Part shown: positions 19,124-28,976 of the stretch, piece after piece
Layout: each line of letters begins with the position of its first letter
How positions within the stretch are numbered: position 1 is the first letter of the stretch
Assembly: GCA_040755455.1 (NCBI GenBank)
Contig: JBFMAY010000029.1
Span: forward strand, 1-49,180
DNA: 49,180 nucleotides
Direction of reading: 5' to 3'
DNA from: Thermodesulfobacteriota bacterium
Lineage (GTDB): Bacteria; Desulfobacterota; Desulfobulbia; Desulfobulbales; SURF-16
Notes under the pieces: generated by a model
The model's database searches: none
What the model was told of the DNA's origin: nothing
What the model saw: only the letters and a program-made list of their open reading frames with translations
Made by a program: the position numbers and the translations under genes

Positions 19124-20629
19124 ATGAAAAAAATATTAGCAAATTGTCTTGTGGCGGCGACAGTATTCGGGGCCGCGTCATTTAATGATACCTGTGGAGC
19201 AGCGAATCAGTCCGTTGCGGCGGAGATGTTCAGGCCGGGAGAGATCGTCGTGGCCGGCACCGCTGCGCAGGCGCCGGCCGGGTATAAGATAAAAAAAGTG
19301 TTGCCCAATGCCGGGCTGGTTGTCCTTGAGGTGGCAAGGGGGCAGGAAGAGCGGCATGTCGCCTTATTGCAAGGCAAGGGGAAAAAGTGCGGCTTGAACC
19401 TGAAATATCAGGCGTTTTCCGCGCCGAATGATCCCCTTTACAGCTATCAGTGGAATATGCGCATGGTGCAAAGCGAAGCGGCCTGGGATATCAGTACCGG
19501 GGCAGGGGTCAGCGTGGCCATCCTTGACACCGGCCTGAAGACGGCCGGTGCTCTCGACGGGATTGACTGTGTGGATATCAGGCCTCAAAGCGATATTGTC
19601 AACAGCGACAGTGACCCGGACGACGTGGCCGGGCACGGCACCCATGTGGCCGGCACCGTGGCCCAGTCAACGGATAACGGCGTCGGCGTTGCCGGTCTGG
19701 CCCATGGGGCCTGCATCATGCCGGTCAAGGTGCTTGATGACAGCGGTTCCGGCACCTCGGCGGATCTTGCCGAGGGCGTCGCCTTTGCCGCGGCCAACGG
19801 GGCCTCGGTCATCAACATGAGTCTGGGCTGGAGCGCCAAGTCGCCGATCACCACGGATCCGGTCCTTGATCCGGCCCTTGCCGATGCCCATGAAAAAGGC
19901 GTCACCATTGTCTGCGCCTCGGGTAATGACGGATGGAGCAAAAATGTCAGTTATCCGGCCATCTCACCCTACACCATTGCCGTAGGGGCGGTTGACATCA
20001 ACGGCGATGTGGCGTCCTACTCCAACGGCGGCAGCGGCCTTGATCTGGTGGCTCCTGGCGGAGGGAACACGGTTACCGGCGACGGCATCCTGCAGGAAGC
20101 ATTTGACGATTCCGGCTGGAACTACTTTTATTACATCGGCACCTCCATGGCCACCCCCCATGTGACCGCGGCGGCGGCCATGCTCTATGCCGAAAACCCC
20201 GCCATCAAGCCTGAAGAGGTACGCGCCGCGCTTACCGCATCCGCCTTTGATCTCGGCGCTGCCGGTTATGACAGCGCTTACGGCCACGGCCTCCTGCAGG
20301 TCCTTGACGCGCTTAACTTTGTCGGAGAGTGTCTTGATGGCGACGGGGACAGCTGGACCACCTGTGAAGGGGATTGTAACGACAAAAATCTCTCCGTCAA
20401 TCCGGGTGCCGCTGAGCTGTGTGATGACGGTATCGACAACAACTGCGACGGCACCATTGACGAAGGCTGCGAAGAGGACTGCACCGACAACGACGGCGAC
20501 GGCTGGACCACCTGCGATGGAGACTGCGACGACAAAAACTTCTTTGCCAATCCGGACCGGCGGGACACGGTGGGCCGCTGGGCCAGAGACGGCGTTGACA
20601 ATGACTGCAACGGGGTGGTGGATAAGTAA
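19124..20629 (+). CDS. S8 subtilisin-like serine protease with C-terminal Cys/Asp-rich metal-binding (MopE-like) repeats
   Basis: Start reassigned by RBS aaggagg; catalytic motifs ILDTG, HGTHVAG and GTSMATPH; two DxDGD...GDCxD...P...DGxDNxCxG repeats. Confidence 0.9.
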   Translation: MKKILANCLVAATVFGAASFNDTCGAANQSVAAEMFRPGEIVVAGTAAQAPAGYKIKKVLPNAGLVVLEVARGQEERHVALLQGKGKKCGLNLKYQAFSAPNDPLYSYQWNMRMVQSEAAWDISTGAGVSVAILDTGLKTAGALDGIDCVDIRPQSDIVNSDSDPDDVAGHGTHVAGTVAQSTDNGVGVAGLAHGACIMPVKVLDDSGSGTSADLAEGVAFAAANGASVINMSLGWSAKSPITTDPVLDPALADAHEKGVTIVCASGNDGWSKNVSYPAISPYTIAVGAVDINGDVASYSNGGSGLDLVAPGGGNTVTGDGILQEAFDDSGWNYFYYIGTSMATPHVTAAAAMLYAENPAIKPEEVRAALTASAFDLGAAGYDSAYGHGLLQVLDALNFVGECLDGDGDSWTTCEGDCNDKNLSVNPGAAELCDDGIDNNCDGTIDEGCEEDCTDNDGDGWTTCDGDCDDKNFFANPDRRDTVGRWARDGVDNDCNGVVDK

Positions 20630-20651
20630 ATTATAAAAAAATAAATCCTTT

Positions 20652-20690
20652 TCAGGCGTGGAATCCCGCTATTCCACGCCTGATTTTTTT
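20652..20690 (+). terminator. Intrinsic terminator
   Basis: tcaggcgtggaat-N6-attccacgcctga followed by T7. Confidence 0.9.
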
Positions 20691-20784
20691 GTGGCTGATA
20701 CGTATTGCTTTTTGGGAAAGCAAGACACGAGAGGCAAGGGCAAGCTGCCCCGGGGGCAGCCGCCTCCCTGACGGTACGGCCGCC

Positions 20785-21096
20785 TTACTTCCTGATACCC
20801 ATTTTCTCCATGATTTCTTCCACCTCGCTTGCCCCTTCATCGTAAAATTGCTGTTCATCCGGGGCCAGATGATGGAGCAGCCTGACGAATTCACCGGCGT
20901 GTTCCCGCTCCTCGTCGGCGATGTCCTTGAGCACCGCGCGGGCCAGGGCGTGGTCGGTGCTTTCGGCGAGCTGCATGTAAAGCTGGATGGCCTCATACTC
21001 GGCGGCCACCATGAAACGGATGGCGCGGACCAGTTCCTCGTCGGTGAGTTTGCGGCCATGGGCAAGGCCTGAAAAGGGATTTCCGAACTCCGGCAT
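20785..21096 (-). CDS. Small ferritin-like protein (rubrerythrin / encapsulated-ferritin-like half bundle)
   Basis: EYEAIQLY...DIADEEREHAGEF di-iron ligand pattern; RBS aaggagg. Confidence 0.85.
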   Translation of the reverse strand: MPEFGNPFSGLAHGRKLTDEELVRAIRFMVAAEYEAIQLYMQLAESTDHALARAVLKDIADEEREHAGEFVRLLHHLAPDEQQFYDEGASEVEEIMEKMGIRK

Positions 21097-21482
21097 GATG
21101 ATCCTCCTTTTTGGGGAAAAGGTTCAGTGTTGCGTGTCTAAAATTGCATTCAGGTTAATATGCGGGTCGGATCAACGTCAAGATGAAATGTTAGGATGAA
21201 GCTGAAATTCGCCGGCGAATAGGAGTTGGGTTTTGCCGCAAGGCATGAACGCGGTGCGCAGCTATTCTGTTGCAGAATAATGGGCAGGGAGGTTGCAGGG
21301 AGGCAATTAATCTGCAAGTATGGTTATGATCAATGGATTGGCAGCAGCTGACTTTTTTGGGATTTACTATTGGACAAATTGTCGCGCTTGATTTAACAAT
21401 GTCCTGCCCTGCGTAACAGCCGGTAACCTGCGGCATTCTTTATCAGGTCAGGGACATTGCGACTTTTTAATGAGATGGATAT

Positions 21483-22730
21483 ATGCAAAATAAATCTCCC
21501 AGTGTTCCTGCGGTAAAGCCGGGCAGCCGGCCTCAGCTCCAGGAAGAGTTAAGCATTCAGTCGGAAAAATGCATTGAGTGCAAACTCTGCCGCAAGGAAT
21601 GTCATTTTTTGCGGAAGTATGGCTCGCCCAAGCACATTGCCGATACGTATGATCCCGCCTCTCGCAAAGGTCAGATGATGCCGTTTGAGTGCAGCCTTTG
21701 CCAGCTCTGCGCCGCGGTCTGCCCGGTCAAGATCAATCCCGCCGCCATGTTTCTGGAAATGCGCCGTGAGGCCGTATCGCGTGGGGCGCAGGATTTCGCG
21801 GGCTACGGCGTCATCCTGAATTATGAAAAACGTGGGACTTCCAGGCGTTATTCCTACTACGGCCTGCCTGCAAACTGTGACTCCGTATTGTTTCCCGGCT
21901 GCGCCCTTCCCGGCACCAGACCGGACAAGGTCAAGGGCCTGTTTGACCATCTGCGTAAAACCATTCCCGCCCTCGGCATTGTCCTGGACTGTTGCACCAA
22001 ACCCTCCCATGACTTGGGCCGGGAAAGTCATTTCCAGGTCATGTTCGGGGAAATGAAAGAATATCTCCTGGACCACGGGGTGAAAAACGTGCTGGTGGCC
22101 TGCCCGAACTGCTACCGGGTTTTTAAACAGTATGGCGGCAGCCTGCAGGTACAAACCGTTTACGAATATCTGGCGGCCACCTCGTTGCCACCGACGGCTG
22201 ACATTGTCGGCACCGTCACGGTCCATGATCCCTGCGGCACCAGAAATGAAGGGCAGATCCACGCTGTCATTCGCCGGCTGGCCACTGGGAAATCACTCAC
22301 CATCCAGGAAATGAAGCACCATGGCGTAAAAACCATCTGCTGCGGTGAGGGTGGGTCAGTGGGCTACGTCAATCCCGATTTTTCCAAAGGCTGGGGCGTG
22401 CGGCGCCAAGACGAAGCGGGCGGCGTCAGGATTCTCACCTATTGCGCCGGCTGCGCCAATTACCTGGGCGCGCTGCATCCCACCAGCCATATTCTGGACT
22501 TGCTCTTTGAGCCCGAGGCGACCCTGGCAGGTACGGTCAAAATTTCCAAGGCCCCCTGGACCTACCTCAACCGCCTGCGGCTCAAAAGTCATTTTAAAAA
22601 GCAGATCAAGGCCGCTGTATCCCGGGAAAGAACCTTTACCGGCGTAGAACCGGCCAGGGGCGGCATACTGAAACGTCTTTTCATGCTGCTCGTCCTTGCC
22701 GCAGTCGCTGTCATCGTTGCCGTGCTCTGA
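21483..22730 (+). CDS. (Fe-S)-binding protein: two 4Fe-4S motifs plus two CCG domains (GlpC/HdrD-like)
   Basis: CIECKLCRKEC, CSLCQLCAAVCP, FPGC, DCC, ACPNC, HDPC, CCGEGG and YCAGC; C-terminal TM helix. Confidence 0.88.
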   Translation: MQNKSPSVPAVKPGSRPQLQEELSIQSEKCIECKLCRKECHFLRKYGSPKHIADTYDPASRKGQMMPFECSLCQLCAAVCPVKINPAAMFLEMRREAVSRGAQDFAGYGVILNYEKRGTSRRYSYYGLPANCDSVLFPGCALPGTRPDKVKGLFDHLRKTIPALGIVLDCCTKPSHDLGRESHFQVMFGEMKEYLLDHGVKNVLVACPNCYRVFKQYGGSLQVQTVYEYLAATSLPPTADIVGTVTVHDPCGTRNEGQIHAVIRRLATGKSLTIQEMKHHGVKTICCGEGGSVGYVNPDFSKGWGVRRQDEAGGVRILTYCAGCANYLGALHPTSHILDLLFEPEATLAGTVKISKAPWTYLNRLRLKSHFKKQIKAAVSRERTFTGVEPARGGILKRLFMLLVLAAVAVIVAVL

Positions 22731-22928
22731 GCACGCAACCCCGTATCCGGTGCAGGAAAACCCGGTACTCTAATTGCCTTTACCTGACCACGGCATCGTT
22801 GCTGGCGAATCTTTTTGAAATTTTTAATCTATATATGATATTCTTTATTTATAAAATTCCTTTTTAGCAAATAATGTTCCAGCCTGAGTATTATATTGAG
22901 TGAAATTATATAAAAAAAGAGAAAGGCA

Positions 22929-23531
22929 GTGAGAAAAATAGAGTTGATTACTTTTAAGGGCTGTCAGACTGCAATTGATTTAGGCCGACAGATGACGGAT
23001 CTGATTCAGGCAGAAAATCTCGATGCGGAAGTTGAGACAATTGTGGTGCCTTCACTTGAAAAAGCAGAAGAGATGGGCCTTCATGGCTCACCAACCATTC
23101 TGGTTGACGGTGAGGAATATCAAAAGCAGCCTTTTTCTCAGGCGGGTTTTTACTGAAGGTCTTACCTGACGGCGGATGGAGTCCGCCCTTATCCCCTTGC
23201 CAAAGAAATTATTGCCCTTTTGCGTGGTAACCCGAAACGTTTTGCCGATATACATGTGAGTGATGGCATTCATTATCCGACCCTGTTGACCGGGGAATGG
23301 TGTCCATTTTCATTGACCGCCACAAGTTTCTGGAGCGAAATTGCAGAAGAAGTCGGGGTTGATCTGGTAATTGTTTCGATTGAGAGCGATGAAGGCGCAA
23401 GGTTAAAAGCATCGATCCATGCCACCGGTGTTCCATGTCTTATCGTTGCACCGGATGTCACCGTTTATGGTGTTCAACATAACAGGCACGAGGCTAAGAA
23501 GCTTTTACAGTCTCTGGCAAATAATGGCTGA
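22929..23531 (+). CDS. Putative selenoprotein with two thioredoxin-fold domains (200 aa, Sec76 at UGA 23154-23156)
   Basis: ORFs 22929-23156 and 23220-23531 are in one frame, separated only by TGA. Readthrough gives GSPTILVDG...AGFY-U-RSYLTADG..P, where this family normally has C-R-x-Y. The second domain has WCPFS and GVP. Confidence 0.85.
23157..23190 (+). promoter_or_regulatory. Bacterial SECIS-like hairpin
   Basis: GGCGGAU-GGA-GUCCGCC (23171-23187); the G-initiated apical loop begins 21 nt after the UGA. Confidence 0.75.
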
Positions 23532-25659
23532 TAAGATTCAAACGACAGCTTCTCAATTGTCATCGCGCCAGAACCGCATTGAGCATCTGGTCCAGATGCT
23601 CAATTACTATAGTAATACCTTTGCGCGTATTCCCCTGACTACCCTCAGTGATGTCGGTAAAACGGCAGTGATGTTAATATCTTCAATCCTGGGATACAGA
23701 GCAGTTGCCATATTTTTGGCAAATGACAGTGATCAACCCGAGTTGCTGGCTTGCAAAGGCGGTATTGCGGCTAGCGATATGGGCTGGACCGCGCAAAATT
23801 TTTTAATTGAGCACCTTTGGAACCAAATCCACGGGCCGCAACTTCTTGACATTGCGACTGTTGATCAGCAGGTGAATGCCGGCACGGCCATGGTTGACAT
23901 GGGAAATATCCTGCTCGCTGTCCCAATAATAGGGGCTTTGGAGCCTGGTGAAAAAAGGACGGGAATCATCGTCGCCACTCAACCCCCTGACGATTTTGAT
24001 GCGGATGCGGATCTGACGATACTGGAAATCATCACTGGCTTAATCTCCGGTGCCATTGCCAATTGTCGCTCCCATATGTCATTGAAGAGGGCCAACAGGA
24101 AATTAAGAGAGCGGGAGAATGATCTGAAGAACGCCCTGTTAAACCTGGCGGATGCCCACAAAAGAATGCTGACAATCCTTGATAGCACTGAGAATTTTGT
24201 CTATGTTATCGATGTCGCAACACATGAGATTTTATATGCCAACCGATCCTGTCAGGAGCTTTATGGTGATGTGACCGGTTCAATCTGCTGGCAGGTTCTG
24301 CAAAAGGGGATGAGTGGCCCATGTGATTTTTGCCCTAACGAAAAACTTGTCCATGATGTGGCTCTGGCCGGCAAAGCATACGTATGGGAGCACTTTGACG
24401 CGTTTAACGACCGTTGGTATTTAAAACATGATCGCCTTCTGCGCTGGGTGGATGGCTCCCTGGCCAAGATCCAGATTGCCATCGACATCACCGAACAAAA
24501 AAGGCTTGAGGATGAGCTTGCCCAGGCGCATAAGATGGAAGCCATCGGCACCCTTGCCGGTGGTATCGCCCATGATTTCAACAACATTCTCTCGGCAATC
24601 ATCGGCTTTACTGAACTTGCAAAAGTTGAGCTGGAAGATGGCTGCAGCGCTTCCGCCAATCTTGCCAAGGTGCTGCAGGCATCACACAGAGCCGCGGGAC
24701 TAGTCAGGCAGATACTGACCTTCAGCCGTAAAGGAGCTCATAAACGCAAGGCTCTACAGCCATATCTGATAGTCAAGGATTCTCTTAATTTCATAAGAGC
24801 ATCTCTGCCGACCACCATAGAAATAATAGAGAATATTAGTCCCGAAAGCGGCACTATTTGGGCCGATCCGACACAGATTCATCAAATTATGATCAACCTC
24901 TGCACCAATGCCCTGCATGCCATGGAAGAAGAGACCGGTACTTTAAAAGTCACATTGGCACGCAGAGAACTCAATGCTGAGGATGTGTCGGGCCATCCAA
25001 AAGTTTTACCCGGTCCGTTTATTGAACTTTCCGTGAGCGATACCGGCTGCGGTATGGATCAACAAACACAACGACGAATCTTTGAACCCTTCTTTACCAC
25101 CAAAGAAACGGGGAAAGGGACCGGTCTTGGTCTGTCCGTAGTTCTTGGTATCGTCCAGGACTACGAAGGCATGATCACCGTTGATAGCGAACTTGGCAAA
25201 GGAACGACCTTTCATGTCTATTTGCCGGCGATAATTGAAGATGTCAAAACGCCTGTTGAGGCTGAAGAAGTAGAACCTTTGCCCATCGGAACTGAGAGGA
25301 TTTTGATCGTTGACGATGAAATAATAATTGTTGCTCTCTATGAGGCTGTCCTTTCCAGCCTTGGTTACACTGTTACGGCCAAGACCAGCAGTGAAGAGGC
25401 GCTCTCGGCATTTAAGACTGATCCCCAAAGTTTTGATCTTCTCTTAACGGATCAGGCAATGCCCGCTTTGTCCGGGGCGAAACTTGCTGAAGAGGTGCTG
25501 CGTCTCCGTCCTGACCTGCCTATTATTCTTTGCACCGGCTATAGTTCAACAACCTCAGAAGAGAAGGCGATGGAGATTGGCATAAAAAAATACCTCAGGA
25601 AGCCTGTAGACAGTAAGAATCTGGTAAGAATCGTACGAAGTGTGTTGAATGGAAAATAG
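23524..25659 (+). CDS. Soluble hybrid histidine kinase (GAF-like, Cys-PAS, HisKA, HATPase, REC)
   Basis: Likely start MADKIQ overlaps the upstream stop (ATGGCTGA); GTLAGGIAHDFNNIL, NLCTNA, DTGCG, FFTTK and GTGLGL; C-terminal receiver VDDE...TDQAMP...KP. Confidence 0.9.
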   Translation: MADKIQTTASQLSSRQNRIEHLVQMLNYYSNTFARIPLTTLSDVGKTAVMLISSILGYRAVAIFLANDSDQPELLACKGGIAASDMGWTAQNFLIEHLWNQIHGPQLLDIATVDQQVNAGTAMVDMGNILLAVPIIGALEPGEKRTGIIVATQPPDDFDADADLTILEIITGLISGAIANCRSHMSLKRANRKLRERENDLKNALLNLADAHKRMLTILDSTENFVYVIDVATHEILYANRSCQELYGDVTGSICWQVLQKGMSGPCDFCPNEKLVHDVALAGKAYVWEHFDAFNDRWYLKHDRLLRWVDGSLAKIQIAIDITEQKRLEDELAQAHKMEAIGTLAGGIAHDFNNILSAIIGFTELAKVELEDGCSASANLAKVLQASHRAAGLVRQILTFSRKGAHKRKALQPYLIVKDSLNFIRASLPTTIEIIENISPESGTIWADPTQIHQIMINLCTNALHAMEEETGTLKVTLARRELNAEDVSGHPKVLPGPFIELSVSDTGCGMDQQTQRRIFEPFFTTKETGKGTGLGLSVVLGIVQDYEGMITVDSELGKGTTFHVYLPAIIEDVKTPVEAEEVEPLPIGTERILIVDDEIIIVALYEAVLSSLGYTVTAKTSSEEALSAFKTDPQSFDLLLTDQAMPALSGAKLAEEVLRLRPDLPIILCTGYSSTTSEEKAMEIGIKKYLRKPVDSKNLVRIVRSVLNGK

Positions 25660-25747
25660 ATGGTTTCCAGTAAACTTTCCAGATCGGACATCTGATTAAC
25701 CCTTCCATTGTCCATCTTCCCCAATCCCTCATCCGCATTCAATATCC

Positions 25748-26953
25748 TTACTCGTGCCGCAATGCGTCGATGGGGTCAAGCCGGGCGGCCTTCCTGGCCG
25801 GGAAGAAACCGAAGATAATGCCCACCGCGGCGGAAAAGAGAAAGGCAATGACCATGATGCCGGGGTTGAAGATAAAGGGGATATTCAATAAACGGGCCAG
25901 GCCGATGGAGCCGGTAACGGCGAGCAGGATGCCGATCAGGCCGCCGAAGGAGGAGAGCACCACAGCCTCCACCAGAAACTGCAGCAGTACCTCGCGTTCG
26001 AGTGCGCCGATGGCAAGCCTTATGCCGATCTCCCTGGTGCGTTCCGTCACCGACACCAGCATGATGTTCATGATGCCGATGCCGCCCACCAGCAGGCTCA
26101 CCGCCGCCACCGCCCCCAGCAGGGTGGTGAGGATCTGGGTGGTGCCGGTGAGCATCTTGGTGATTTCCTTCATGTCCCGCACCTGAAAATTATCGTTTTC
26201 AGCGCCAACGATATGCCGCCGTATGCGCAACAGTTCCTCGATATCGTTTTTGGCCTTGTCAGTTGACCTGCCCTCGGCCACCGACACCTGCATCAGGCTG
26301 ATGTCCTGATTGCCGGCGATCCGCCGCTGGAAGGTGCGCAGCGGCACCAGGACCAGATCGTCCTGATCCGAGCCGAAGGTGGACTGGCCCTTGGCTTCCA
26401 GCACGCCGATCACCTGGCAGGAGAAACTGCCCAGCCGGATACTGCTGTCAATGGGGTCCATTTCGCCGAACAGCTCCTTGCCCACCGTGGCCCCGATAAC
26501 GCAGACCGCCTTGCCGGCCCGCAGTTCGGTCTCCAGGAACTGGCGGCCGGAATGGACAGCCCAGTTGCGCACCGTAAAGAACTTGTTGTCAATGCCGGTG
26601 GCCGTGGTTGACCAGTTGGCGTTGCCGTAAACGGCGGTAAGCCGCTGGGAGGAAGAGGGGGCGATTGCGGTTACGGCGGGGATTTCCCGGAGGATGGCCT
26701 GGGCATCGTCCAGATCAAAGGGCGGGGCGGCAGTGGTCTGGCCCGGCCCCATGTGCTGGCCGACCCGCACCATGAGCAGGTTGCTGCCGAGACTGGCGAT
26801 CTGCTCGGTGACCTGGGCCGTGGCGCCGCTGCCGATGGTGACCATGACGATGACCGCGGCCACGCCGATGACAATGCCCAGGATGGTGAGCACGGAGCGC
26901 ATGACGTTGCGCCGGATCGCCCGCAGGGCCAGAAGCAGGGTGTTGGTAAACAT
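25748..26953 (-). CDS. macB: MacB-family ABC permease
   Basis: [45 protein letters not shown] and [17 protein letters not shown]. Confidence 0.93.
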   Translation of the reverse strand: MFTNTLLLALRAIRRNVMRSVLTILGIVIGVAAVIVMVTIGSGATAQVTEQIASLGSNLLMVRVGQHMGPGQTTAAPPFDLDDAQAILREIPAVTAIAPSSSQRLTAVYGNANWSTTATGIDNKFFTVRNWAVHSGRQFLETELRAGKAVCVIGATVGKELFGEMDPIDSSIRLGSFSCQVIGVLEAKGQSTFGSDQDDLVLVPLRTFQRRIAGNQDISLMQVSVAEGRSTDKAKNDIEELLRIRRHIVGAENDNFQVRDMKEITKMLTGTTQILTTLLGAVAAVSLLVGGIGIMNIMLVSVTERTREIGIRLAIGALEREVLLQFLVEAVVLSSFGGLIGILLAVTGSIGLARLLNIPFIFNPGIMVIAFLFSAAVGIIFGFFPARKAARLDPIDALRHE

Positions 26954-27675
26954 CAGCGCGCCTCCCCGTTTAGTTGGTCCAGGGAAACCAGGCCGTCCCG
27001 GAACTGCACCACGCGCCCGGCGAAACGGGCCATGTCCTGCTCATGGGTGACCATGATGATGGTGATGCCCTGGTCCCGGTTGAAGGCGGTGAGCAGATCC
27101 ATGATCTCCAGGCTGCGGGCCGTGTCCAGGTTGCCCGTCGGCTCGTCGGCCAGCAGCACGGCCGGTTCGGTGACAATGGCCCGGGCGATGGCCACCCGCT
27201 GCTGCTGACCGCCGGAAAGTTCGCCCGGCGTGTGGTGTTCCCAGCCGGCCAGGCCAACGGCGGCCAAGGCCCGGCTGGCCCGGTTGTGGCGTTCCGAGGT
27301 CTTGATGCCCCGGTAGATGAGCGGCAGCTCGACGTTTTCCAGGGCCGAGGTGCGGTTCAGCAGGTTAAAGCCCTGAAAGACAAAGCCCAGATGATGCCGG
27401 CGCAGCAGTGCCCGCTCATCTCTGGTCAGTGAACCTACCTCGACATTGCGGAAAAGATATCTGCCTTCAGTGGGCGTATCCAGACAGCCGAGGATATTCA
27501 TGCAGGTGGATTTGCCGGAGCCGCTCGGCCCCATGACCGCCACGAACTCGCCCGCGTCGATGCGCAGGTCGATTCCGCGCAGGGCCTGCATGGCGGCGGT
27601 GCCGCTGCCGTACACCTTGGTTACTCCCTGCAGTTCCACCAGGGGATGACGCTCTGTCGCTGCCTGCGCGGTCAT
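26953..27675 (-). CDS. ABC transporter ATP-binding subunit (MacB/LolD type)
   Basis: [29 protein letters not shown] and VTHE. Confidence 0.95.
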   Translation of the reverse strand: MTAQAATERHPLVELQGVTKVYGSGTAAMQALRGIDLRIDAGEFVAVMGPSGSGKSTCMNILGCLDTPTEGRYLFRNVEVGSLTRDERALLRRHHLGFVFQGFNLLNRTSALENVELPLIYRGIKTSERHNRASRALAAVGLAGWEHHTPGELSGGQQQRVAIARAIVTEPAVLLADEPTGNLDTARSLEIMDLLTAFNRDQGITIIMVTHEQDMARFAGRVVQFRDGLVSLDQLNGEAR

Positions 27676-27677
27676 GG

Positions 27678-28976
27678 TTATTTCCCTTTGCTGACTTCTT
27701 CAAGGATCAGCGGCATGCCGGGGGTCACCTCGCCGCTCGTGATTTCGGTCATGATGCCGCTGGTGGCGCCGGTGGTGATGGGAATGGCCACGGGCTGGTT
27801 GTCCCGCAGGGTCCAGACCCGCTGTTTTTTCTTGGTGCCGCTGTCATCTGTTTTCTTCGGCCTGGTGTGGGAAGGCCGGGGGAACAGCTTGCCGAGCAGG
27901 CTGCCGCCCGAGGCTTCGGCGGTTTTCTCCTCCTGCTGCGGCGGGGCATAACGCAGGGCGGCGTTGGACACCAACAGAACATCGTTGACCTGTTGGACCA
28001 CAATGTCCGCCGTGGCGGTCATGCCGGGCCGCAGGGAGAGATCCGAGTTGTCCACGTTGAGCACGGTGAGATAGGTCACCACCCCCTCGGCGGTCTGGGC
28101 GCCGTAACGCACCTGGGTGATATGGGCGGGAAAGATGCGGTCCGGGTAGGCATCCACGGTAAAGGTGGCCTGCTGGCCCTCCTTTACCTGGCCCACGTCA
28201 GCCTCATCCACGTCAACATGGAGTTCCATCTTGGTCAGGTCCTCGGCCAGGGTGAAGAGCACCGGGGACTGCAGCGAGGCGGCTACGGTCTGACCCGGCT
28301 CCACGGTGCGTTTGAGAACCACGCCGTTGATGGGCGAGATGATGATGGCCTTTTCCAGATTGGTCTGATCCACCAGAAGTTTCGCCTCCGCCTCGGCGAT
28401 ATTGGCCCGGATCATGGCCTCAACTGCCCGGGCGCGCTTGAGCGCCGCCTCCGCCGCATCAAAATCCAGCTTGGAAGGCACCTTGCCCCCGCTGAGCTGC
28501 CTGACCTGTTCAAGCCGTTTAAGTTCATTTTCGGCTTCAAGCAGGTTGGCCTGGACCTGCAGCAGGTTGGCCCGGGCCGATTCCGCCGCGGCGCGGGACT
28601 GGTTAGCCTGGGCTTCGAGCTTGGTGGTGCCAATCCGCGCCAGCACCTGACCGGCCTTGACAAAGTCGTTGTAATCCACCGGCACGGATGCGATGGTACC
28701 GGACACCTCGGAGCCCACTTCCACCTGGTTGGTCGGCTGCAGATTGCCGGTGGCGGTGACGGTGACGGTGAGATCCCCGCGCTGCGCCTCCACGGTCTTG
28801 TACTCTACGGCAGCACCGTTGCGCCTGCTGTTCCATGTGACGGCAACAAAAACGACCACCAGCAGCAACAGGCCCCAGACCAGCAGGCGCTTGAGATACC
28901 TGCCCTTGCCCGGGGGGGAAGACAGGGGCAATGATTTTTGTAGCTCCGCGCCATGGTTCATGTTTGCCTCACTCAT
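27678..28976 (-). CDS. macA: MacA-like periplasmic adaptor (membrane fusion protein)
   Basis: N-terminal TM; ATGNLQP..QVEVGSEVSG, ISPINGVV, GQTVAASLQSP and LRPGMTA. Confidence 0.9.
   Translation of the reverse strand: MSEANMNHGAELQKSLPLSSPPGKGRYLKRLLVWGLLLLVVVFVAVTWNSRRNGAAVEYKTVEAQRGDLTVTVTATGNLQPTNQVEVGSEVSGTIASVPVDYNDFVKAGQVLARIGTTKLEAQANQSRAAAESARANLLQVQANLLEAENELKRLEQVRQLSGGKVPSKLDFDAAEAALKRARAVEAMIRANIAEAEAKLLVDQTNLEKAIIISPINGVVLKRTVEPGQTVAASLQSPVLFTLAEDLTKMELHVDVDEADVGQVKEGQQATFTVDAYPDRIFPAHITQVRYGAQTAEGVVTYLTVLNVDNSDLSLRPGMTATADIVVQQVNDVLLVSNAALRYAPPQQEEKTAEASGGSLLGKLFPRPSHTRPKKTDDSGTKKKQRVWTLRDNQPVAIPITTGATSGIMTEITSGEVTPGMPLILEEVSKGK

Noticed and set aside
23220..23531. Independent 103-aa thioredoxin gene starting at TTG 23220
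   Set aside because: No RBS before the TTG. The frame is open back to the UGA, and the intervening codons complete the upstream domain, so it is treated as one readthrough CDS.
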